Part shown: positions 22,432 through 30,406 of the stretch, in pieces
How positions within the stretch are numbered: position 1 is the stretch's first letter
Layout of the letters: each line of letters begins with the position of its first letter
Source of the DNA: Pseudomonadota bacterium
Lineage (GTDB): Bacteria; Pseudomonadota; Gammaproteobacteria; UBA9214
DNA length: 64,000 nt
Direction of reading: 5' to 3'
NCBI GenBank assembly: GCA_039714975.1
Contig: JBDLIH010000006.1
Location: 9,325-73,324 of the forward strand
Notes under the pieces: generated by a model
What the model saw: only the letters and a program-made list of their open reading frames with translations
What the model was told of the DNA's origin: nothing
Databases searched by the model: none
Program-made: the position numbers and the translations under genes

Positions 22432-22561
22432 ATCAGGGATTGACGTCATGGATGACTGCCAGGGATGGCAACCCATGACTTTTGATTATGGAGGTAACTC
22501 TGCCGCATCTGCGAGCGAAGACCTGACCGGGAGCCGGTGCGGACACCTGAGGAATGAACAA
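22432..22561 (+). promoter_or_regulatory. GGA-hairpin-rich leader (putative CsrA/RsmA-binding RNA)
   Basis: Seven GGA in 130 nt, e.g. GTCA-TGGA-TGAC, TGCCA-GGGA-TGGCA, GGTG-CGGA-CACC. Confidence 0.55.
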
Positions 22562-23182
22562 ATGGGCAAGGAAGATCTCATCTTCTTCGCAGACAATGAC
22601 CCGCAGACGTCCAGTCAACACTGCGTAACACTTGATCGTGCAGGCTACACGGTCAAGCGCTGCCCGTTGAACATCCTCGCCAACACCCTCAACGGCACGC
22701 TGCAGGGTATTGTGGTACTGAACCTGGGCAGTAACGTGAAGGCCGGCCTGGAGACCCAGCAACAGCTGATTGCCGATGGCCGTGCGTGGCCGGTCATTTT
22801 TATCACCGACTGCGAGCAGATACCCGAGGCGGTCAAGGCCATGAAGGCAGGCGCCACGGACTTCCATGTGACATCCGTTTCTCCCGGGAAACTGCTGCAC
22901 AGCGTCCAGGAGGCCATGTTGCAACTGGATGCCGAGAAAGACCTGCAGTTACGTCGCACAGGCATAGAGCAACACTACATAAACCTGACCCGACGTGAGA
23001 AGGAAATCATGGAATACGTTACCAACGGGGTAACCAATCAGGACACTGCGCAGCAACTGGGTCTCAGTATGCGCACCATTGAGGTGCATCGCTCACGGAT
23101 TATGGAAAAAATGGGGGCAAGGTGCCTGGCCGATCTGACACGCATGGTCGATCTGTGCAGACTGTGCAGCAGCAATCACTGA
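22562..23182 (+). CDS. FixJ/LuxR-family transcriptional regulator with degenerate receiver domain
   Basis: PVIFIT...AVKAMKAGATDF receiver-like region; LTRREKEIM..V.NG.TN...A.QLGLS.RTIEVHRSRIMEKM LuxR HTH; start 22562 chosen over the upstream ATG at 22403. Confidence 0.85.
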   Translation: MGKEDLIFFADNDPQTSSQHCVTLDRAGYTVKRCPLNILANTLNGTLQGIVVLNLGSNVKAGLETQQQLIADGRAWPVIFITDCEQIPEAVKAMKAGATDFHVTSVSPGKLLHSVQEAMLQLDAEKDLQLRRTGIEQHYINLTRREKEIMEYVTNGVTNQDTAQQLGLSMRTIEVHRSRIMEKMGARCLADLTRMVDLCRLCSSNH

Positions 23183-23207
23183 CAGCCGCCGCATCTGCAA
23201 CCCCGGC

Positions 23208-23295
23208 ACAAACAAAACGGCGACCCGTGAGGGCCGCCGCTGAGGAGCAACTATGAAAAAAACAACAACTACACTGTAGCGCGTAACCCTCAGCA
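23208..23295 (-). ncRNA. Candidate small RNA on the minus strand (ends approximate)
   Basis: Minus-strand terminator CGGCGGCCC-TCAC-GGGTCGCCG-TTTTGTTT with no minus-strand CDS upstream; GU-rich tract and CUCCUC motif. Confidence 0.4.
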
Positions 23296-23370
23296 GCACA
23301 ATACGTATATACACGTACTCCGAAAGTCACACGAAATAATTCTGCCTGAAGACCACCTGCCATGCCCCAC

Positions 23371-23434
23371 TGTGAATAAATCACACCTGCCATGTAACTA
23401 CTTCATACCCGTCCTGCACCGGAATCACTATGCT
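23371..23434 (+). promoter_or_regulatory. Double-box promoter P2 (TGTGA-N5-TCACA, 7 nt, TGTAA-N5-TCATA, 21 nt, TATGCT)
   Basis: Aligned with P1/P3/P4; directly upstream of the small ORF at 23473. Confidence 0.6.
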
Positions 23435-23472
23435 GATATCAACAGGACAGTATAAACATGTAGAGGTGTACC

Positions 23473-23715
23473 ATGGCTATAGCGAATAGAGATGTCGAAA
23501 TAATATTGCATGTTGACGAAACGCTGGGGGTATCCCGCCGCAATGATCTGACCAATGCATTAAAGAGCAAGGCCGGTATCAGATCGGCAGAATTCTGCCC
23601 GTTACGCTACCACCTGATGCTGGTCAGCTATGATCGGGACAACCTGACATCACAGGACATCCTGCATCAGGTCACCAACCAAAATGTGCATGCCCAGTTA
23701 ATCGGGCCCGTATAA
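23473..23715 (+). CDS. Small HMA/ferredoxin-fold-like hypothetical protein, paralog 1
   Basis: 80 aa, GAGG RBS, pattern LHV..AL...GI....F...HL..VSYD; clear similarity to ORF 30100. Confidence 0.75.
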   Translation: MAIANRDVEIILHVDETLGVSRRNDLTNALKSKAGIRSAEFCPLRYHLMLVSYDRDNLTSQDILHQVTNQNVHAQLIGPV

Positions 23716-23890
23716 TATCCAGCATAACCCGGTCAGGGAGGAGACACCGGTTGATGGACAGGATGTCCTGATGCCGGTGGCATTTTTGTCATCAGGTCCG
23801 GGGCTGCCACAGGAACAAACCAGCTTGTTATTAGCCTGTATCTGCTCCATTATAAACAGCACTCAAGCAAGCATGCCATGACATAGCTAC

Positions 23891-26146
23891 ATGACCAGAC
23901 CGGCCAAGGCTCTCACCCTGGGTGTATTCACGGGCATCCTTGGCATCCTTGTCATCTGTATTCCCTTTATTCTCGATCTTGAAGAAACTGCCGGCCTCGA
24001 CTGGCTGTTTACCCTGCGTGGTCCCATCGCAGCACCGGATGATGTGGTTATCGTCAGCATCGACAAGGCATCAGCCGATGCACTCAATCTTTCGACTGAT
24101 CCGGGCAAGTGGCCACGCAGCTACCATGCCGAATTGCTGGGCAAACTGGCACAGGCCGGTGCCGCCGTGATCGTTCTGGACATCCACTTCAAGGAACAAC
24201 GCGAACCGGATGTGGACACCGCACTGGCACGGGCAATTGAAACATCAAACAGGGTGGTCCTGTTTGAGTACACAAAGAAAGACATCATCCGACTCTACGA
24301 TAAATCAGGTCACTACAGTGGTGAACTGATTGCACAGCGACTGATACGACCGGCAGAGCCAATCGCCTCGGCTCCACTGGCGCTCGCACCGTTTCCGTTA
24401 CCCGTCTTCCCGGTCAAGGTCAGCCAGTTCTGGGCATACACACCGGGTACCGGTGATCTGCCCACCGAGCCTGTCGTCGCCCTGCAGCTTTATAGCGCGG
24501 CACTCTACCCCGACTTCCTGGCACTGATTCGACAGACCGATCCGAAAGTCAGTCTGCCGCCAGTACAAACCACTGCCGGCCTGTTTGAGAAGTACGCCGT
24601 ACAGGAATCCATACAGGCACTACGCAAGCTGTTTACGGAACGTCCATCGTTGGCGAAACAAGTAGCCAACGCCCTCGATAGCGATACAAAGTTCGCTGAC
24701 AGCACAGGGCAACAGGCCTTGATGCACGCATTGATTGCAATGTACAGCAAGGCCGACAGCCGCTATCTCAATTTTTACGGGCCGCCACAGACCCTCACCA
24801 CGGTACCCTATGCGCAGGTACTAAGACCTGACATTACTTTACCCGGTAACAGTCAGGCGCCAGACCTGCAGGGCAAGACTGTTTTTGTTGGCTACTCAGA
24901 GCGATTGCAACCCGAACAACTGGACGAGTTCTACACGGTCTATTCACAGAATAATGGCCTGCACCTCAGTGGCGTGGAGATTGCTGCAACGGCATTTGCC
25001 AACCTGCTGAGAGACAATCCGGTGAGACCACTGCCCCTGCCGGCCCAGTTTCTTCTCCTGGCTGGCTGGGGCTTATTGCTTGGTTGCTGTGTGCGCCTGT
25101 TACCGGTCTTGCCTGCGGTGACAATCAGCACGGGCCTTACTGTGCTGTATCTGGTTACCAGTCAGCTGTTGTTCAACCAGCATACTATTTGGCTGCCGTT
25201 GCTTGTCCCCCTTTTGATACAAGGCCCGTTCGCCCTGTTTGCAGCTATCGTCTGGCACTACCATGAAGTTCGCCAGGAACGTGAAAGCATTCGCACGGCC
25301 TTTGGCCTGTACCTCCCGGCACCGGTTGTTGATGAACTGGCAAATGATCTCGCTAAAGGCAAATCAGAAAGCCAACTGGTCTATGGCACGTGTCTGTCCA
25401 CCGATGCCGACAAGTACACAACCCTGTCTGAAAGCATGGACCCTGCAGCACTGGCTGAGTTGATGAACGCGTATTACGAAACCCTGTTTGCACCCGTACG
25501 TCAATTTGAAGGCATTGTCTCCGACGTGGTGGGTGACGCCATGCTGGCGCTCTGGACTTCCAGCACACCAGAGTCCGAATTTCGTCGCAAGGCAATCCTC
25601 GCCGCACTGGCCATCAATGAAGCCGTCAGGCAACCCGAGGTAGGAAACATCCCGCATCATCTACCGACGCGTATCGGCCTGCATACCGGGCAGGTTATAC
25701 TCGGTAGCATCGGTGCCATTGATCATTTCGAATACCGGGCTGTCGGTGACATTGTCAATACCAGCACACGCATCCAGGGTATGAACACCTACCTGGGTAC
25801 CCGGGTGCTGCTAACAAAGCAAGTACTGGAGGGTATTGATGATTTTGTCACACGTGACGTTGGCTCGTTTGTACTGGCTGGTAAAACACAAGCACTCGTC
25901 ATTCACGAGTTACTCGGTCATCGCGATTCCGCAATTGAATCTTCGGTAGTCGAACAGCAACTGCTCTTCGCCGAAGGGCTAACCACCTTCCGCCAGGGCG
26001 ACTGGGCACAGGCGCAAAAGATTTTTACACGGCATTATGCAGTCAACAGGAATGATGGTGTATCACGCTACTATGTGAACCTGTGCCGCCATCAACAGCA
26101 ACCTGATGAGAACTGGAACGGTGCAATAAAACTGGACACAAAATAA
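23891..26146 (+). CDS. CHASE2-domain class III nucleotide cyclase
   Basis: N-terminal TM, CHASE2 (D.LF.LRG, VVIVSID, WPRSYHA, GAAVIVLDI.F, GKTVFVG, GVEI.A), three TMs, cyclase (TD..KYT.LSE, VGDA, RIGLHTG, VGDIVN..TRI), C-terminal helical tail. Confidence 0.93.
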   Translation: MTRPAKALTLGVFTGILGILVICIPFILDLEETAGLDWLFTLRGPIAAPDDVVIVSIDKASADALNLSTDPGKWPRSYHAELLGKLAQAGAAVIVLDIHFKEQREPDVDTALARAIETSNRVVLFEYTKKDIIRLYDKSGHYSGELIAQRLIRPAEPIASAPLALAPFPLPVFPVKVSQFWAYTPGTGDLPTEPVVALQLYSAALYPDFLALIRQTDPKVSLPPVQTTAGLFEKYAVQESIQALRKLFTERPSLAKQVANALDSDTKFADSTGQQALMHALIAMYSKADSRYLNFYGPPQTLTTVPYAQVLRPDITLPGNSQAPDLQGKTVFVGYSERLQPEQLDEFYTVYSQNNGLHLSGVEIAATAFANLLRDNPVRPLPLPAQFLLLAGWGLLLGCCVRLLPVLPAVTISTGLTVLYLVTSQLLFNQHTIWLPLLVPLLIQGPFALFAAIVWHYHEVRQERESIRTAFGLYLPAPVVDELANDLAKGKSESQLVYGTCLSTDADKYTTLSESMDPAALAELMNAYYETLFAPVRQFEGIVSDVVGDAMLALWTSSTPESEFRRKAILAALAINEAVRQPEVGNIPHHLPTRIGLHTGQVILGSIGAIDHFEYRAVGDIVNTSTRIQGMNTYLGTRVLLTKQVLEGIDDFVTRDVGSFVLAGKTQALVIHELLGHRDSAIESSVVEQQLLFAEGLTTFRQGDWAQAQKIFTRHYAVNRNDGVSRYYVNLCRHQQQPDENWNGAIKLDTK

Positions 26147-26305
26147 CCACCGCCCGGTACCCTTTTGCTGGAAAATCAAGTATATTCATTTGACATCTAA
26201 AGAATAACGCCAATCAGGGAATGATAGAACAACATATACGTACATATACGTATAGGCATTGCAAATTACAATAATACATCCTGATATTACGGGGGAGTTA
26301 CCTGA

Positions 26306-29300
26306 ATGCAAATCAACAAAGGCTTGTTGGTCATCATTTATTGCTGTACCTGCCTTGTCCTTACACTGTCTACTGTCACCGCCACGGCGGCTGAACGCTG
26401 CAATAATGCCGTAGCGCGCACCCTTTCGGTACAAGGATCGTTCGAGGTCCGCTATGCCGGCCAAAGCAACTGGCAAGCAGCCAAACTCAATGACCGCTTC
26501 TGTACCGGTGATGCCTTGCGCACCGGTCAGGACAGCCGAGTCGCCCTCATGCTGCTTCCGGAAACGGTTATCCGGCTGGACCAACTCAGTTCAATGGTAT
26601 TCACCCGACCGGATACCGATGCATCCCCCTCCTGGCTTGAATTACTCAAGGGCGCGGCCCATTTTATCAGCCGCGACCCGCGTGCGCTGCAGATCATCAC
26701 GCCGTTTGCCAACGCCGCCATTGAAGGTACCGAGTTCCTGGTACAGGTAGACGAACAACAGACCGGTGTCACCGTCTATGAAGGCAAGGTACTGGTCGGC
26801 AACAACAGTGGCAGTGTTGCCGTCACCAGCGGCAAACAGGCCATTGCGCAGGCAGGCCAGGCACCGGTGGCACAAGCCGTTGTTCACCCGCGTGACGCCG
26901 TGCAATGGACGCTGTACTACCCTCCGGTCATGCAGCAGGGCGACGCTACTACCCGGCAGGCCGCTGCGGCACTGGCTGTCGGACAGGTGGACAACGCCGA
27001 TGTACTGCTGGACCAGGCACTGGCAACCAATGCCGGCAACAGTGATGCCCTGGCGCTGAGGTCCATTATTGCCGTGACCCAGAACGACAAGGCGTCAGCA
27101 CTCACACTGGCCAACCAGGCGGTCAGTGCAGACCCCAACTCGGCTGCAGGCTACATTGCCCTGTCCTATGCACAACAGGCACACTTCGATCTGTCCGGTG
27201 CCCTGAACAGTCTGCAACAAGCGACCCAACACGAACCTGATAACGCGCTGGGCCAGGCACGGCTGGCAGAAATGTGGTTGTCCGTCGGCGACCTGGACAA
27301 GGGCCTTGCGGCAGCGGAGCAGGCACACGCTATTGACCCCAACCAGTCTCTTACACAGACGGTACTGGGTTTTTCCTACCTCACCAGAATAAAGATTCCG
27401 GAATCGCTGGATGCGTTCAATCGTGCCATCATGCTGGACCAGGCCGCCCCCCTGCCCAGACTCGGACTGGGACTGGCAAAGATCCGTAAAGGCGACTTGG
27501 AAGCCGGTCGTGAAGAGATTGAAATCGCCGTAATTCTCGACCCCGGCAACTCCCTGATCCGCAGCTATATGGGCAAGGCCTACTACGAAGAGAAGCGTGA
27601 CAAGCTGGCAGCAACCCAGTACGACATGGCCAAAGAGCTGGACCCCAACGACCCGACACCGTGGTACTACGATGCCATCCGCAAACAGACCGAAAACCGG
27701 CCGGTGGAGGCGCTGCACGATCTGCAGGAATCCATCAAGCTGAATGACAACCGCGCCGTGTACCGCTCAAGGCTGGAACTCGATGCCGACCTCGCCACCC
27801 GTAGCGCCAGCATCGCACGCATCTACAATGATCTCGGTTTTCAGCAACGCGCCCTGGTGGAAGGCTGGCAATCGGTGAATACAGACCCGGGTAATTTCTC
27901 CGCACACCGGCTATTGGCCGACAGTTACTCTGCCCTGCCCCGGCACGAGGTGGCCCGCGTCAGTGAGCTGTTACAGTCACAACTGCTGCAACCCATCAAC
28001 CTGAACCCGGTACAACCACAGCTGGCCGAAACCAACCTGTCCGTCCTCGACAATGCTGGGCCGTCAGACCCGGCCTTCCTGGAATTCAACCCGCTGTTTA
28101 CACGCAACCGCGTTGCACTGCAGCTCAACGGTGTCGGCGGCAGCAACAGCACCCGGGGCGATGACCTGGTGCTCAACGGCGTGCATAACCGCTGGTCCTG
28201 GAGTCTGGGCCAGTACCACTACCAGACCGACGGCTACCGTGACAACAATGATCAGAAGCGCAACATCTATAACCTGTTTGTGCAGGGCGCCCTGTCCCAC
28301 AAGACCAGCATACTGGGTGAGCTGCGTTACGCTGACGAGGACTTCGGCGACCTGAACCTGCGCTTTGCCGGTGATGACTTTGAACCCAACCAGCGCCACG
28401 ATGAAGAGCTAAAATCCGCCCGGGCCGGGCTGCGCCATGCGTTCAGCCCGCGTTCCGAACTCATCGCCACGCTGGTCTATGCCGACGGCGATAACTCCGC
28501 AACAGACCGGTTCGGTTTTGACTTCCCGCCGTTCTTCTTTGGCAACGAACTTGATCTCGGGATCTCGAGTGATGACAAGGGCTGGACGGGCGAACTGCAG
28601 CACCAGTTCCGTGCCGATAGCTACACCCTGATCAGCGGTATCGGCCACACCGATGCCGACCGGGAGGAAACCATCAGCCAGCAATATGCCTTCGAGTTCC
28701 CGCCATTTTTTGTCGATAGCACACAAAAGGATGATACCGACCTGCGCCAGTCCAATATCTACCTGTACTCACTGTTCGACCTGCCACACGACATTACCCT
28801 GACCGTCGGGGCCAGCGGCGATACCTTTGATAACGGCCGCATCGACAAGCAGCAGTTCAACCCGAAGCTGGGCGTCGAGTGGGATGCCACCACAGACACC
28901 ACGGTGCGCGCCGCCGCCTTCAGGACACTGCAACGGCTGACCAGCATCTCGCCCCAGACCATCGAACCCACCCAGGTGGCCGGTTTCAACCAGCTTTATG
29001 AAGGCGCGGACGGCGAACAGGCATGGCGTTATGGCCTTGCCCTGGATCACTCCTTCTCGAACAGCCTGTACGGCGGGGCAGAGTTCAGCTACCGTGATCT
29101 TGAGGTACCGAGTACCAGTATCACCACGGGTGAACTATCTGACGCCGACTGGAACGAACAACTGGCACGCGCCTACCTCTACTGGGCGCCGCATCCGCAA
29201 CTCGCCCTGAACGCCGAATACCAGTACGAACGCTTCGATCGCGACCCGGAATTTCCTGGCGTGGAGCAGATCAGCGACCTCAAGACCCACCGGCTGCCAC

Positions 29301-29623
29301 TGGGTGTCTCCTGGTTCTCGCCCGGCGGCCTGATCGGCAAACTCAGCACAACCTACGTGAACCAGGACGGTGAGTTCGGCCTCGGGTTAGCGGGTAATCA
29401 GACCGAGAGGGACAGTGACAATTTCTGGATCGTGGATGCGTCGCTTGGCTACCGTCTGCCAAAACGCTATGGCATTGTGTCACTGGGCGTGCTGAACCTG
29501 CTGGACGAGGAATTCAAGTTTCAGGATACCGACCCGGCACTGCCACAGATCGCGCCGGAACGCACGGTACTGCTCAAATTCACATTAGCCGTTGATTGGG
29601 AATCCGGTCATGCGGGCCAGTGA
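26306..29623 (+). CDS. FecR-TPR-TonB-dependent-receptor-like beta-barrel outer-membrane protein (NsrA-like architecture)
   Basis: Signal peptide, FecR (GDALRTG..SRV, ITPFANAAIEGTEF.V, VYEGKV.V), multiple TPRs, C-terminal amphipathic beta strands (NPKLG, VDASLGYRL, NLLD). Confidence 0.88.
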   Translation: MQINKGLLVIIYCCTCLVLTLSTVTATAAERCNNAVARTLSVQGSFEVRYAGQSNWQAAKLNDRFCTGDALRTGQDSRVALMLLPETVIRLDQLSSMVFTRPDTDASPSWLELLKGAAHFISRDPRALQIITPFANAAIEGTEFLVQVDEQQTGVTVYEGKVLVGNNSGSVAVTSGKQAIAQAGQAPVAQAVVHPRDAVQWTLYYPPVMQQGDATTRQAAAALAVGQVDNADVLLDQALATNAGNSDALALRSIIAVTQNDKASALTLANQAVSADPNSAAGYIALSYAQQAHFDLSGALNSLQQATQHEPDNALGQARLAEMWLSVGDLDKGLAAAEQAHAIDPNQSLTQTVLGFSYLTRIKIPESLDAFNRAIMLDQAAPLPRLGLGLAKIRKGDLEAGREEIEIAVILDPGNSLIRSYMGKAYYEEKRDKLAATQYDMAKELDPNDPTPWYYDAIRKQTENRPVEALHDLQESIKLNDNRAVYRSRLELDADLATRSASIARIYNDLGFQQRALVEGWQSVNTDPGNFSAHRLLADSYSALPRHEVARVSELLQSQLLQPINLNPVQPQLAETNLSVLDNAGPSDPAFLEFNPLFTRNRVALQLNGVGGSNSTRGDDLVLNGVHNRWSWSLGQYHYQTDGYRDNNDQKRNIYNLFVQGALSHKTSILGELRYADEDFGDLNLRFAGDDFEPNQRHDEELKSARAGLRHAFSPRSELIATLVYADGDNSATDRFGFDFPPFFFGNELDLGISSDDKGWTGELQHQFRADSYTLISGIGHTDADREETISQQYAFEFPPFFVDSTQKDDTDLRQSNIYLYSLFDLPHDITLTVGASGDTFDNGRIDKQQFNPKLGVEWDATTDTTVRAAAFRTLQRLTSISPQTIEPTQVAGFNQLYEGADGEQAWRYGLALDHSFSNSLYGGAEFSYRDLEVPSTSITTGELSDADWNEQLARAYLYWAPHPQLALNAEYQYERFDRDPEFPGVEQISDLKTHRLPLGVSWFSPGGLIGKLSTTYVNQDGEFGLGLAGNQTERDSDNFWIVDASLGYRLPKRYGIVSLGVLNLLDEEFKFQDTDPALPQIAPERTVLLKFTLAVDWESGHAGQ

Positions 29624-29662
29624 CGGATGTTTGGTAATAATAGTAAATACAAGGAGAACGTT

Positions 29663-29911
29663 ATGTCAGATGATAATACGATAAGCATTAATTTGAAATT
29701 TAACAAGAATCTGAAACTGAAGGAAATAGTGCACATATTCAAGGATAAAAACGGGAACGAGAAAAGCAAGAAAATAAAGGCGAAAAAGAAATTCAAAGTT
29801 GACTTCGACAAGGTCGATGCGATGTGCGATGTGACCCTCATAAGAGGCGAGATCGCTGGCGTGGACCCCTACTGCATCAAGGTTGGCGGGACGCTGTACT
29901 GTTTCCCGTAA
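29663..29911 (+). CDS. Small Lys-rich hypothetical protein with C-terminal Cys pair
   Basis: AAGGAG RBS, 82 aa, ends DPYCIKVGGTLYCFP; AT-rich relative to neighbours. Confidence 0.6.
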   Translation: MSDDNTISINLKFNKNLKLKEIVHIFKDKNGNEKSKKIKAKKKFKVDFDKVDAMCDVTLIRGEIAGVDPYCIKVGGTLYCFP

Positions 29912-30003
29912 ACCGGATATTCGTTTATCCACATGCCGACAGGGACGCCGGCAAGTGTAATTACTCGCTACCTTCAGTGCCCACCCGCTTCATCCTCTCT
30001 TTT

Positions 30004-30068
30004 TGTTAATTTTTCACAGTTAATTTGTTGCATAAGTCATAGCTGCGCTTCCCTTGCCTGCATAGACT
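30004..30068 (+). promoter_or_regulatory. Double-box promoter P3 (TGTTA-N5-TCACA, 7 nt, TGTTG-N6-TCATA, 21 nt, TAGACT)
   Basis: Aligned with P1/P2/P4; directly upstream of ORF 30100. Confidence 0.55.
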
Positions 30069-30099
30069 GTCTGCAGGTTTACCACACGGGGGAGAGATT

Positions 30100-30348
30100 A
30101 TGGGAATCGTACAATTTCACAGCAAGCAATCAGACCTGGTGTTGCACGTAAACGACCAGGTAGGTGATGTACAACAGCGTGACATTGAATCAGCACTTGA
30201 GGAAAACCCCGGTGTTGTTAATGTGGAATTTACAGAAAACCGTCCGCGCCTGATTCACGTCAGCTATGATCAGGATGAAACAAGCTACATTGAAACTCTT
30301 GAGCGACTTTGCAGCCAGAACGTGCACGCGCAGCATATGGGTGACTGA
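30100..30348 (+). CDS. Small HMA/ferredoxin-fold-like hypothetical protein, paralog 2
   Basis: 82 aa, GGGGAG RBS; shares LHV, AL...G, EF, VSYD.D, QNVHAQ..G with ORF 23473. Confidence 0.75.
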   Translation: MGIVQFHSKQSDLVLHVNDQVGDVQQRDIESALEENPGVVNVEFTENRPRLIHVSYDQDETSYIETLERLCSQNVHAQHMGD

Positions 30349-30406
30349 TCGGTAGAGATATACCTGCAGGAGCACCTTGCAGAGAGTTCTGGATTCCAGG
30401 GAATAC

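Noticed and set aside
22403-22561. N-terminal extension of the FixJ-like ORF in the ORF track
   Set aside because: ATG 22403 lies upstream of the predicted -10 element, the receiver fold starts near 22562, and the region looks like structured RNA
23891-26146. Pycsar/CBASS-type anti-phage system
   Set aside because: The cyclase is a membrane CHASE2 receptor type, and there is no cNMP-binding TIR or TM effector, only a DNA-binding Crp; signalling is the more likely role
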